The notes beneath the pieces were generated by a model. That model saw nothing but the letters and a program-made list of their open reading frames with translations, was not told the DNA's origin and did not search any database. The position numbers and the translations under genes are program-made. A DNA stretch of 64,000 nt, taken from positions 6,388-70,387 of the forward strand of contig CAWBRL010000017.1 of the NCBI GenBank assembly GCA_963791165.1, in the 5' to 3' direction. Below are positions 43,601 through 52,818 of the stretch, one piece after another. Positions within the stretch are counted from its first letter, which is position 1. Each line of letters starts with the position of its first letter. The stretch comes from an uncultured Alphaproteobacteria bacterium (GTDB taxonomy: Bacteria; Pseudomonadota; Alphaproteobacteria; Rhizobiales; Xanthobacteraceae).

Positions 43601-43793
43601 CGTCGGCATGATCCCGATGGCGATCGGCGGCGCCGGCGAGGAGCAGAACGCGGCGCTCGCACGCGCCGTCATCGGCGGGCTGCTGTTTGCAACACCGACT
43701 ACGCTGCTGATCGTGCCCTACCTGTTCGCCATGCTGCGCAAGGGCAACGACGGAAAGCCTCACCATGGCGTATTTGAGGAAGTACCGGCATGA
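40611..43793 (+). CDS. RND efflux transporter permease (AcrB/AcrD/AcrF family)
   Basis: 1060 aa, DIFPEI, LAVGILVDD, RIRPVLMT. Confidence 0.95.
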   Translation: MGIVRFALRLPHTFYVLAALILFLGVVAIRSMPTDIFPEIRIPVVTVIWQYTGLTTQEMEQRVTTYSQYSISANVNGIKNMEAQTLNGLSIQKIYFQPDVNIDLAIAQIVSATNSIRALMPPGIQPPVVVQFNASSVPVLQLSLSSNSLNEQQLYDFGIYRVRQQLAPVAGVTLPTPAGGKYRQIMVDIDPDKLLSRGLTPLDIVNAVNTQNLTLPSGTAKIGGTQYTVRTNATPASIDDLNMMPVKFVNGATVFLKDVAQVRDGSLVQQNIVRENSRRSVLLSVIKNGNASTLAVVNGVKQALQGIRAAAPAGLKINELFDQSVFVKNSVNGVLREGAIAAGLTALMILVFLGSWRSTLVVMISIPLAILSSLTVLYFLGETLNTMTLGGLALAVGILVDDSTVTIENTHRLWTEEGMPLPEATLHGAAEIAVPTLVSTLAISCVFTSVLFLDGPAKYLFTPLGLAVVFAMLASYGLSRTLTPITIGLLLKSERRHTGEGTPTGLFSRFAAAFDRGFERLRDGYSKLLTTLLQRKAIVPVVAVLILGLGAVMFTFVGRDFFPLIDGGQIQLHVRAPAGTRIESTEAIFQAVEDKIREVIPEKERSLIVDNIGLPARSYNLAFADGSTIGVNDGVIQVALTEGHKPTADYVRKLRQVLPAAFPEDVFYFQAADIVTQILNFGLPAQIDVRTVGVDPANLAVAKQLRQRLAAIPGIVDAHLQQEVDAPAFYAQIDRSRAAQLGLNASTIATNINVSLSSSAQVSPNFWTDPKSGIPYYIAVQTPEYKVNSLNALQNTPVSTSLAMSGQTVPGMLSNVATFKREKVATNTNQSNIQPVFDVYASVQGRNLGSVAADINKVTAELQKQLKPGNSIQVVGQIQSMNNSFRNLGIGLLFAAVFVYLLMVVNYQNFGDPFVVILALPATLCGIVTMLFITGTTLNVPSLMGAIMAVGVASANSILLVTFAREQQLKGHSALEAALSAGYTRIRPVLMTAAAMIVGMIPMAIGGAGEEQNAALARAVIGGLLFATPTTLLIVPYLFAMLRKGNDGKPHHGVFEEVPA

Positions 43794-45067
43794 CCGACAC
43801 TGCTGTGCGGCCCAAGAGTGAGCCCAGGAATGAGAAGGTCGAGGACCACCGGCGCGACGCCGAGACCGATCGTGTGGCGCTACCGCGGAAGCGAGGCCGT
43901 CGTTACGGCGCAGCGCTGCTCGGCGGAACCGCGCTCTTGCTGCTCGTGGGCGGCCTCGCAGAGGGGGCCTGGCGCCGCCACCAGGCCGACCTCGGCGTTG
44001 CGGCCACTGCGCAGGAGAGCAGGGCGTTTGTGCCCGACGTTCGCGTCGCCGCGGTACGTGCCAGCGACCGTACGACAACCGTCACGTTGCCGGCGACGAC
44101 GACTGCGTTCGAGGCCGCGAATATTTTTGCGCGCACCAGCGGCTATATTGAAAAGCGCTATGTCGATATCGGCGATCAGGTCAAGGCGGGAGACCTGCTG
44201 GCCAACATCGTCGCCCCTGAGCTCGACCATCAGATTACGCAAGCCAAGGCAACGCTGGCTCAGAACCGGGCGACGTTGCAGCAGACGGAGGCAAGCCGCG
44301 ACCTCGCCCAGGTCACCAATGCGCGTGACAGCAATCTGGTCAAGCAGGGATGGCTCACGCTTCAGCAAGGCGACAACGACCGTTTGACGCTGCAGGCGCA
44401 GAAGGCCGCGGTCGAAGTCGCTCAATCGAATATTGCGGCCCAGGAAGCCCAAATTCGCATACTCGAGCAGGAGAAAGCCTACCAGCGCGTCGTGGCGCCG
44501 TTCGACGGCGTCATCACCCAGCGCAACATCGACAACGGCAGCCTGGTGACGTCAGGCTCGACCTTCATGTTCACGTTGATGCATTCCAATGTCATCCGCA
44601 CCCAGGTGTTCGTGCCGCAGGATGAGGCGTTCGGGCTTGGGCCCGGCGTCGACGCGGTGGTTCGTGTCCCCGAGATTCCGGACCGTACGTTTCCGGGCAA
44701 GGTGACGCGGATAGCGAGCGCGTTACAGCCTGGAAGCCGGACGCTTTTGACCGAGATCGATGTTCCCAATCCGGATGGCGCGCTCAGCCCCGGAATCTAC
44801 TGCACCGTCCAGCTGTTCATTCCGCGCAAGACGCCGGCGATGATCATACCGGCCGACGCTGTCGTATTCGATCAAAACGGCCTGCATGTCGCCGTGGTCC
44901 GCAATGGCACCGTGCATTTGCAGAAGATCACGATCGCGCGGGACTTCGGTACCGAAGTCGAGGTGCACGACGGTGTAAAGCCGGGTGATCAAGTCGTCCT
45001 CAATCCGATGGTGAATCTGGCGGAAGGCAGCAAGGTCGCGGTGCGTCATGAGACGAGGACAAGCTAG
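43790..45067 (+). CDS. RND periplasmic adaptor (membrane fusion protein)
   Basis: TM anchor, ARTSGYIEKRYVDIGDQVKAGDLL, VVAPFDGVIT. Confidence 0.93.
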   Translation: MTDTAVRPKSEPRNEKVEDHRRDAETDRVALPRKRGRRYGAALLGGTALLLLVGGLAEGAWRRHQADLGVAATAQESRAFVPDVRVAAVRASDRTTTVTLPATTTAFEAANIFARTSGYIEKRYVDIGDQVKAGDLLANIVAPELDHQITQAKATLAQNRATLQQTEASRDLAQVTNARDSNLVKQGWLTLQQGDNDRLTLQAQKAAVEVAQSNIAAQEAQIRILEQEKAYQRVVAPFDGVITQRNIDNGSLVTSGSTFMFTLMHSNVIRTQVFVPQDEAFGLGPGVDAVVRVPEIPDRTFPGKVTRIASALQPGSRTLLTEIDVPNPDGALSPGIYCTVQLFIPRKTPAMIIPADAVVFDQNGLHVAVVRNGTVHLQKITIARDFGTEVEVHDGVKPGDQVVLNPMVNLAEGSKVAVRHETRTS

Positions 45068-45068
45068 A

Positions 45069-46091
45069 ATGACGCCGGGAAAGCAATCGCAGACGCGACG
45101 CCTGCTGCTCACGGTCGGTATTCTGCTGTTGGGCTGCAACGCCAGCTTCGCGCAGGTCTCCACCATGGGCACCACGGCCATGGGTCTTTCCACGACGCCG
45201 GGGACTATCTTGATTTCCCCGCTCAATGGTCCTGGTCCGTTCTCGGCGGTCACTCAGCCGGGCACTCCCGGCACGACGCTGGCGCCGGTGCCGTTGGCGT
45301 CCAACCCCGCAACGCCGGGGACGGTCGTGACCTGTGCCACGCCGGTAGGCCAGATCGCGCCCGGGACCGCGGCGGTGCAGGTTACGTCGATGCCGGCAAT
45401 CGGCCGCACGACCGGATCGCTGCCATCGGTTTCCGCCGTGCCAGCCGCACCTGCGGATCCTTCCGCGTCCACAACGGCTAACGGGCTTACGCCATTCCTG
45501 TCATTGTCCGCACAACCGGCCACGTCGTTCCTGACGGATATTCCCGGCTCGACCGTACCGGCCGCGCCGCCGCCCACGGTGCCGGCTCTGCCTCAGCCTT
45601 CCATCGTCGCTCCGCAGGTGCCGCTGCTGTCGAGGGCATCAGGCGGGATTTCCACATCCATGGCGCTGGGCACAAATGCGATGACGCCGTCGGCCACGAT
45701 GATGTTGTCACCCACGGCCTTGGGAACCATTCCCACATCCATCATCGCCAGCGCGACCGGAACGATATCGCCGGTGCCGCCGGTCGGCAGCTCATCGACC
45801 ACCCTCTGCAGCTCTTTACCGGGAGGTCCTCCGACCAACAGCGCCGCTTTGACACTCTCGACGCCGGATATTCCGGCTGGTCCGCCACCCGGTACGATCC
45901 AGCCCGACGTGACGCCACTTGCGACCACCAGCCTGGATCCGACCGTGACGGTGGTGCCGACGCCAAATACGTCGGCCTGCGCCGAGAGCGCGACGATGTA
46001 TCTGATGACACCCGGCACGATGGCCCCGGCCAATGCCACGGGTGCTGCCGCAACGCCGGGCGTATCGTCTCTGTGGCCGCCAGGCTGTTGA
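45069..46091 (+). CDS. Secreted Pro/Thr/Ser-rich low-complexity protein
   Basis: Starts 1 nt after the adaptor stop, signal peptide (..ASFA-Q), P/T/S/A-rich with 4 spaced Cys. Confidence 0.6.
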   Translation: MTPGKQSQTRRLLLTVGILLLGCNASFAQVSTMGTTAMGLSTTPGTILISPLNGPGPFSAVTQPGTPGTTLAPVPLASNPATPGTVVTCATPVGQIAPGTAAVQVTSMPAIGRTTGSLPSVSAVPAAPADPSASTTANGLTPFLSLSAQPATSFLTDIPGSTVPAAPPPTVPALPQPSIVAPQVPLLSRASGGISTSMALGTNAMTPSATMMLSPTALGTIPTSIIASATGTISPVPPVGSSSTTLCSSLPGGPPTNSAALTLSTPDIPAGPPPGTIQPDVTPLATTSLDPTVTVVPTPNTSACAESATMYLMTPGTMAPANATGAAATPGVSSLWPPGC

Positions 46092-46133
46092 GGGGGCAAT
46101 TTCTCTTCGCGGGTCAGGCAGCAGCCCCGAATT

Positions 46134-46216
46134 CTAAAACCCTATTTAATGGTGCCTGGGATCCACAACGCCTAAATTCACCGATGAGTGATCCGGGAAA
46201 AATGAGTGATCCGGGA
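46134..46216. promoter_or_regulatory. TAAA-N6-TTTA palindrome plus 15-nt direct repeat upstream of the response regulator
   Basis: CTAAAACCCTATTTAA at 46134; ATGAGTGATCCGGGA at 46184 and 46202. Confidence 0.55.
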
Positions 46217-46332
46217 GAAACGCGTGGAGTTTGCAGGACGTTGACATGACAGGGGTCTCAGGGAAGCGTGCAATCGTGACGGCCGGAAATTCGGAATCTG
46301 AGGATGTTTTCGCCGCAGTCGGGGATCGATTG

Positions 46333-47010
46333 ATGACAAAAGTGCTGTTGATCGAGGATGATAGCGAGACGGCTGAGGAAATCACCGCGGAACTGGCCGA
46401 TCGTGGTTTTGAAGTCGAATGGTCGGCCAACGGCATCGATGGCCTCGACAAGGCACGATCGTCACGGCCGGATGCCATGATCGTCGACCGGCTGCTGCCC
46501 GGAATGGATGGACTTACTGTCATCGAGGCGCTGCGCAAGGATCAGGTGCGCACCCCGGTACTGGTGCTGAGCGCGCTCGGCGCGGTGGACGACCGTGTAC
46601 GCGGACTGCGGATGGGTGGCGACGACTATCTCACCAAACCCTTTGCGCTCGTCGAACTCGTCGCCCGGATCGAGGCGTTGCTGCGCCGTCCGGTGGAATC
46701 GCGAGAAACGACGCTTCGGGCGGGGCCGCTCGAGCTCGATCTGATCGAGCGTACCGCCAAACGCGGCGATCGCGTCATCGATCTGCTGCCGCGCGAATTC
46801 CGCCTGCTCGAATACATGATGCAGCGAAGCGATCAGCTTCTGACGCGAGCCATGCTTCTGGAGGAGGTCTGGAATTACAAGTTCGTGCCGGCGACCAATC
46901 TTGTCGACGTGCATATGGGCCGCCTGCGCCACAAGGTGGACGGGCCTGGCGAAGTCCCTATGATCCACAATGTGCGTGGTGCCGGCTTTATTCTTCGCAC
47001 GGGGCTGTGA
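46333..47010 (+). CDS. OmpR-family response regulator
   Basis: LLIEDD, DRLLPGMDG, DDYLTKPF, REFRLLEY, NLVDVHMGRLRHK. Confidence 0.94.
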   Translation: MTKVLLIEDDSETAEEITAELADRGFEVEWSANGIDGLDKARSSRPDAMIVDRLLPGMDGLTVIEALRKDQVRTPVLVLSALGAVDDRVRGLRMGGDDYLTKPFALVELVARIEALLRRPVESRETTLRAGPLELDLIERTAKRGDRVIDLLPREFRLLEYMMQRSDQLLTRAMLLEEVWNYKFVPATNLVDVHMGRLRHKVDGPGEVPMIHNVRGAGFILRTGL

Positions 47011-47017
47011 GGTTCCG

Positions 47018-48445
47018 ATGGCCGTGAGCAATGCGCCGTCCTTGGCGTCGAGCGGGCTATCCGGGCAGCGAGATCCGATGCTTCAGCCGCAGTTCATGCG
47101 TTCGAGCACTTTTCACTGGACCCTCGCGGTAGCCGGTGTGCTCGCAATTTTTGTCGTCGGGCTGTTCAGCTTCATCTATTGGAGCGTCGACGATTACCTG
47201 ATCAAACGGTCCGACACGATGATTGCCCGTGAACTGGACCTCATTGCAGGCTTGCCTGGCGAACGACAGCTGGATGCGATCGATCAAAATCTGAAGCAGG
47301 ACACCCGCGGCGTCCACTATGCCGGACTGTTCGGCGCGGACGGCCGCAAGATAGCCGGCAACATGGCACAGCTTCCACCCGAACTTGGGACCAATGACAT
47401 TGTCCGAAACGTCACGATCCTTCGGACGCTGCCGGCAGGACGGCAAGTTCGCGTCATCCGCGCGATCGCGCGAAGAATGCCAGGCGACAACACGCTGGTG
47501 ATCGGACGTGAGGTCGACGAAACGAGGGAGATTTCCCACGTCGTCGGTCAGGCGCTCGCGCTGGGTCTATTGCCGGGACTTTGTCTGTGCCTGCTGGCTG
47601 GGGCATGGCTGAGCATGCGCGCCCAGAGGCGGGTCGAAGAGGTCAATGCACGGGTACAGCGCATCATCGCCGGCGACCTGCGCAAACGGCTTCCGCACCG
47701 TAATGTCGACGAGCCGTTCTCGAAGCTCGCCGTCATCGTCAACGGCATGCTCGATGAAATGGAAACGATGATCCACGCGCTCGCCGGCGTTGGCAACGAC
47801 ATCGCCCACGACTTGCGTACGCCGCTGACGCGGGCGCGGCTCGCGCTCGAACGCGGTCGCACCAACGCAACGACGGTCGAACAGCTCCAGGCAGTTGTCG
47901 ACAAGGCGATCGCAAATATCGATCAGTCGCTCGCCATCATCACGGCGCTGTTGCGTCTTGCTGAAATCGAAAACAGCCGGCGGTCGGCGGCCTTTGGCAG
48001 CGTGCCCGTCCACGAGATGCTGCGCGAGGTCTGCGACCTGTACGAGCCGATCGCGGAGAACAAGAACGTCGACTTGCGGGCCGCGGTCAAACACAGCTTC
48101 AACGTGCTCGGCGACCGGGATCTGTTGTTCGAGGCCGTCGCCAACCTCGTTGATAACGCCATCAAGTTTACCCCGGAAGGCGGCCGGGTGTGCATCGAAC
48201 TGGAACGCGGCGACGGCGAATCCATCGTCCGCGTTACGGATACCGGCCCTGGCATCAGCGAACAGGAGCGCGAGGCTGTGCTGCGGCGGTTCTACCGGTC
48301 GGACAAGATCCGCAATACGCCGGGCGTCGGGCTTGGTCTCAATCTCGTGGCTGCCATCGTCAAGCTGCACGGCTTCAGGCTGGCCATTCATCCCGGCCCC
48401 GGCGGTCGGATGGAGATCATTTGTCCCGACCGTCAGTCAGGATGA
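47018..48445 (+). CDS. Sensor histidine kinase (2 TM, HAMP)
   Basis: IAHDLRTPL, NLVDNAIKFT, DTGPGI, GLGL. Confidence 0.93.
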   Translation: MAVSNAPSLASSGLSGQRDPMLQPQFMRSSTFHWTLAVAGVLAIFVVGLFSFIYWSVDDYLIKRSDTMIARELDLIAGLPGERQLDAIDQNLKQDTRGVHYAGLFGADGRKIAGNMAQLPPELGTNDIVRNVTILRTLPAGRQVRVIRAIARRMPGDNTLVIGREVDETREISHVVGQALALGLLPGLCLCLLAGAWLSMRAQRRVEEVNARVQRIIAGDLRKRLPHRNVDEPFSKLAVIVNGMLDEMETMIHALAGVGNDIAHDLRTPLTRARLALERGRTNATTVEQLQAVVDKAIANIDQSLAIITALLRLAEIENSRRSAAFGSVPVHEMLREVCDLYEPIAENKNVDLRAAVKHSFNVLGDRDLLFEAVANLVDNAIKFTPEGGRVCIELERGDGESIVRVTDTGPGISEQEREAVLRRFYRSDKIRNTPGVGLGLNLVAAIVKLHGFRLAIHPGPGGRMEIICPDRQSG

Positions 48446-48450
48446 AGCTC

Positions 48451-48744
48451 TCACCAAGCCGGCGATGCGAAGGTGGGTGCCATCTGGTGTCGACCGCGGC
48501 TCTTGCTGTTCCACCGCTGGTCATCCTGAACCGGACTGCCGTAGCACTCTGCGGCCAGCCCCGAAGCCGTCGCCTCACACTGCGAATAGCTCGTGAAACC
48601 ACAATCCGTCCCGCCGTAGTCATATTCGATACAGTCATGTCCGGGGGGAACGATGGGACCTGCCTTTGCCGATTCCAGTCCGCCGAAAGCGAGCATTGAT
48701 ACTGCAATAGCCGAAGCCATTACCATGGATGAAATCATCTTCAT
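48451..48744 (-). CDS. DUF3551-like small secreted Cys-rich protein
   Basis: Signal peptide, then C-x9-CGFTSYSQC-x-ATASG-x4-C pattern. Confidence 0.75.
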   Translation of the reverse strand: MKMISSMVMASAIAVSMLAFGGLESAKAGPIVPPGHDCIEYDYGGTDCGFTSYSQCEATASGLAAECYGSPVQDDQRWNSKSRGRHQMAPTFASPAW

Positions 48745-48939
48745 GCGGGGGCTCCTTTGAATGAATGACTATCGTCGAGATAGGGATGCGCGACAGCGGA
48801 AGCGATTATAAAAAAGTTCACTTTGCCTGGAGCCAATGGCGAACCTTGTCTGCTCAAGCGGAGTTTACTGGCGGAGCGGCGGCCGGTCTCCGATGTAACC
48901 TCACACGACCTGCCTCTGAACTCTCCAAAGGAGACCAAG

Positions 48940-49200
48940 ATGAAATCAGCATTGATTGGCGCCGCCGCCGTTGCCGCGGCAGCTTTCGCAACTCCGGCCA
49001 TGGCGCAGGCTGTTATCGAAGACCCCGGCTATTGCGCTCAGTTCTATCCCAACGGCAATTGCCAGTATCTGGAGCCGGGTATTCCGTACACCGATCGCGG
49101 TTTCCGGCGGGACGAGAGCACCGTGATGCTGGGCCATGCGACAGAGCCGAGCAGGCTCGAGACGTACCGCTATCATGGCGGACCGAAGTCAGACTATTGA
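48940..49200 (+). CDS. Small secreted protein
   Basis: AAGGAG RBS, signal peptide (..TPAMA-Q), PGYCAQFYPNGNC, C-terminal YHGGPK. Confidence 0.75.
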   Translation: MKSALIGAAAVAAAAFATPAMAQAVIEDPGYCAQFYPNGNCQYLEPGIPYTDRGFRRDESTVMLGHATEPSRLETYRYHGGPKSDY

Positions 49201-49239
49201 CGACACTGTCGAGTGCAATCCGCAGCGTCGGTTCTCGAT

Positions 49240-50173
49240 TCAGGCGTACTCGGCCTCCAGCATCGGCACCGCAGCTTTTGCCGCAACATTCCTGACCGCT
49301 TTTCGTACTTTCTGGAAGGCGGACGCATCGATCTGGCGGATGCGCTCACGCGATACGTTGAACCTGGCGGCGAGGTCTTCCAGCGTCGGTGGTTCGTCGG
49401 CCAGGTGGCGCGCCTCGAAGATACGACGTTCTCGATCGTTCAGGACGCCGATTGCGGCGACCAGCGCCTTGTGCCGGTAGTCCTTGTTGTCCTGTTCGAT
49501 GACGATGGCTTCCGGTGATGGCGATTGATCGATGAGTTGGTCCTGCCATTCGCCGACCTCGGCGTCGTCGCGGATCGGTGCGTTGATCGACTTGTCACCG
49601 GCGAGCCGCCGATTCATGTCGACGACATCCTGGGCCGTGACATCAAGGTTCTTTGCGATCGAGTTCGACCTGATCCGGATGCAGGTCGCCGCTTTCGAAG
49701 GCGGCGATCTTGCTCTTTGCGGTGCGCAGCTTGAAGAACAGCCTCTTCTGGTTCGCAGTGGTGCCGATCTTCACCAATGACCACGAGCGCAGGATGTAAT
49801 CGTGAATGGAAGCCCTGACCCACCACATTGCGTAAGTGGTGAAGCGAAAGCCTTTGTCGGGCTCAAAGCGGTTCAATGCCTGCATCAGGCCGACATTGCC
49901 CTCGGATATGATTTCCGAGGCCGGCAGGCCATATCCGCGATAGCCCATCGCGATCTTGACGACGAGACGCAGGTGACTCGTAACCAGCTGATCGGCGGCG
50001 CCACGATCGCCGTGCTCGCGCCAACGCCTTGCGAGCTCAAACTCCTGTTCCCGTTCGAGCATCGGGAAACGCCTGATCTCGTGGAGATAGCTCTTGCGAC
50101 CTTCATCTCCGACGACCGCTGGTGTTCGGCAGGCGCGAATTGTTATGCCGGCAAATTGTCCTTCAATTCCCAT
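49240..50173 (-). CDS. rpoH: RpoH (sigma32)-family sigma factor paralog; +1 frameshift near 49660
   Basis: YLHEIRRFPML, LVTSHLRLVVKIAMGYRGYG, RpoH box GTTANQKRLFFKLR, TLEDLA..FNVSRERIRQI. Confidence 0.88.
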
Positions 50174-50407
50174 ATCCGTCGCTCCCTGATGGCGCAGACC
50201 GTTCGAAACTCGAGCGGATTGCTCAATGATAGGGAGGGATCGCGGGCGAGCCACTAAATTGGGGTTTAGGATATTAAATTCGAATTGAAAGTGCGGGCAT
50301 TCGCTGTGCGTGCCGACTATCCCGGCAGTGGCGGCCCACCCGGCAGAGTTGACGTTCTGTTGATCGCCAATTCTCCCAGGTGTGCCAGCTAGGGTTTGCG
50401 AAAACGT

Positions 50408-50812
50408 TCAGTAGTCGCAGGTGTAGGGCCAGTAGTATGTTGACCCGTAATACGGGCAATCGAGGCCGGGGTCGTAATACCCGCCATATCCGCCACCAAC
50501 GAAGCGATGCCTTCCTGCTCCAAAATGCTCATGGCCGATATGCGCCATATGAGCTCCGCCAAGGCCAGCGATGTGGCCGCCGCCAAAACCGCCACCAAAG
50601 CCACCGACGTGACCTCCACCAAAGCCGCCGCCCATGTGTCCGCCGCCGAAGCCGCCGCCCATGTGACCGCCACCAAAGCCGCCACCCATATGTCCGCCGC
50701 CACCACCGCCGCCGCCGCCGCGTGCCTGTGCACCGGTGGCGAGAAGGCTGCTGGCCACGACGGCGGTTGCCAGGATCTTCATTACTCGTCCTCTCATGAA
50801 ACTCTTTCTCAT
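50408..50812 (-). CDS. Secreted glycine-rich repeat protein
   Basis: AAGGAG RBS, signal peptide, (GGH[MV]GGGFG) repeats, Tyr/Cys-rich tail. Confidence 0.7.
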   Translation of the reverse strand: MRKSFMRGRVMKILATAVVASSLLATGAQARGGGGGGGGGHMGGGFGGGHMGGGFGGGHMGGGFGGGHVGGFGGGFGGGHIAGLGGAHMAHIGHEHFGAGRHRFVGGGYGGYYDPGLDCPYYGSTYYWPYTCDY

Positions 50813-51117
50813 GACACTCTCCTTTATGATGGGCGGGGGTTCCGCCACAGGGGCCTAGTCAGGCGCTGGCATGTTCGAGCAAGGCGACTGCCAACGTCAC
50901 GGTAGACCGGAGGTGGGAATGCCCACGCGTCGTCTCGATTAAAATCTTCGTTCAGCCACTGGAATGTGAACGCCGCACGCGTTTCGATCGAGCCAATGCG
51001 CGCATCAAATGGCGCGCATTAAACTCGTTTTTAGTTGAAAGGAGCGTATCGGAGCGCGACATCTACGCCGCTACCGCTTTGTGAAAGATTAAATGCAAAA
51101 CCAGCAAGGAGTGCGTG

Positions 51118-51423
51118 ATGCGCAAGCTCATCATAGCAACCATGATATTCGTTCTGGCTGGGCTCTCCGCCAGTTATGCGCGGGGCGGCATGCACGGTGG
51201 TGGCATGCACGGGCCCGGATCACATGCCCTCATGGGTCCGGCGAGTCCGACCGTCCCGCCATCTCTGACGCCCGATGCTCGCCTCATCGGAAGTGCGCCA
51301 ATTCCACCCCATCATCAGCCGACAGCGGCCGATGTTTCTTCGCTTCCAGACGCGCTGCTCAAGCCGACCCCCGAAGAAGAAGCCGTTGATCGGGCCATTG
51401 GAAACATTTGCCGCGGTTGTTGA
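51118..51423 (+). CDS. Small secreted protein ending ICRGC
   Basis: AAGGAG RBS, signal peptide, GGMH repeats, C-terminal CxxC. Confidence 0.7.
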   Translation: MRKLIIATMIFVLAGLSASYARGGMHGGGMHGPGSHALMGPASPTVPPSLTPDARLIGSAPIPPHHQPTAADVSSLPDALLKPTPEEEAVDRAIGNICRGC

Positions 51424-51454
51424 GTGCAAGCCGCGCTCTCGTATACGCAGTACA

Positions 51455-51483
51455 GCAAAGCCCCGACCAGGTCGGGGCTTTGC
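51455..51483. terminator. Bidirectional terminator between convergent genes
   Basis: GCAAAGCCCCGACC-A-GGTCGGGGCTTTGC perfect inverted repeat. Confidence 0.75.
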
Positions 51484-51511
51484 CATGACGTGGCGCCGTC
51501 GCTGCCGTGTG

Positions 51512-51763
51512 CTACTTGAATTGCGGAATTGTCGGGACGGTTATGCGCGGTGGCGGCAGCGGGGCCATTCTTGAAGCGTTGGCGATGCCGCTCGGATCGA
51601 CGATCACATTGTTCATTCCACCGGGATTGGCGGGCCCCGCAGGGATTCCGCTGATCGGTATGTTTCCCATGCCGGCTTCGCCGGCCATTCTTGCGTTCGA
51701 AGCGGCAGGCGCCGCGAGCAGCACGAGCAGTGCACCAATGATCTTGATCGAGGTTTTAGTCAT
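51512..51763 (-). CDS. Small secreted protein
   Basis: AAGGAG RBS, signal peptide, DPSGIANA...PPPRITVPTIPQFK. Confidence 0.65.
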   Translation of the reverse strand: MTKTSIKIIGALLVLLAAPAASNARMAGEAGMGNIPISGIPAGPANPGGMNNVIVDPSGIANASRMAPLPPPRITVPTIPQFK

Positions 51764-52082
51764 GGACGAAACTCCTTGTTGAGAACGTTGGCTGCGATGT
51801 AGGTCCGTCCGTCTGTAAGCACCACTAAATTCGAGCTTAGTGCGGCCAGAGAACAGGCGTTCTCGACAATCGAAGTGCAAGCGATCGACATAAGATCAAT
51901 TTCGCTTCCTGAAGTTAAATTTGATCTGGATTGGCAAGGCTGAAACGGGCGCAGCAATCTCCGGCAATCGGCGCCGGGCCCGGCTTGTCTCCGCCCTTCA
52001 ACAGTAAACTCCAATTTACTGGGGAAGCCCGCGATGCCTCACTATTTCGAAAAAGGGGATGCCCCAAACATGGAGAATAGTG

Positions 52083-52327
52083 ATGACCCAACTGAAGATC
52101 TGATGACTGCCGCGGCCGTTCTGGTGTCGCTGGCATCGGCGCCGGTATTCGCGCAGACCGCCCGCACACTTCACACCAACAAGGGCGTGACCTACGACAA
52201 CAGCGGCTGGAATGGTTACAACGGCGGTGGCTATAACAACACCTGGTTCGACGGCAGGACTTATCGCTCCGATCCCATGCCGCTCGGAGAAGACATTGCT
52301 TCCGATGCAGCCAGTGTCACTCGCTGA
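52083..52327 (+). CDS. Small secreted protein, probable frameshift near its start
   Basis: GGAGA RBS + MTQLKI, continuing out of frame as MTAAAVLVSLASAPVFA-Q; G/Y/N-rich. Confidence 0.45.
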
Positions 52328-52566
52328 CGATCCGTGCATGGCAAGTCGCGAAGGCTCCGGTATTTGCCGGAGCCTTCGTCGTGAGATTCGTTTGCTTCAA
52401 CAGATTTCGTGATCTGGAAGCCTTTCTCAGCGTTCGATCGTCGCCGTGATTTGTTCGATGAGGCCGTGGGCCCGCCGCTGCAAATGCAATATGAGGCGCA
52501 TCAGGAGGCGGACAATGCCTCAAGGCCTCACATAACCGCGCCGATCCATTTTTCTGCGGAGCTTTT

Positions 52567-52818
52567 TCAGCATATAAACGGGTTATCGCCGACGTCGCAG
52601 TTTTCCCCGTCCGGGGGCGCCGGACGAAATGCGCCGCCGCGCGGCGCTCGGATGCCGACAGGGTCGTCAATATCTCTATGATGGGCTCTGGGAGAAACAC
52701 TCGCATTGGCGTCCTCTGCGAGATGCCGCGAGATTACATGGTTCGTGCGAGCCATAGCGGGAGTTGCGAGCACGGCTGCGGCAATCAGTGCAGCCGACAG
52801 AAGTGTAGGCATGGTCAT
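52567..52818 (-). CDS. Small secreted protein ending CDVGDNPFIC
   Basis: GGAG RBS, signal peptide (..TPAMA), terminal Cys pair. Confidence 0.7.
   Translation of the reverse strand: MTMPTLLSAALIAAAVLATPAMARTNHVISRHLAEDANASVSPRAHHRDIDDPVGIRAPRGGAFRPAPPDGENCDVGDNPFIC

Noticed and set aside
50560-50720. Tandem ~27-nt repeats resembling a CRISPR or VNTR
   Set aside because: They encode the Gly-rich GGHMGGGFG peptide repeats; no unique spacers and no cas genes
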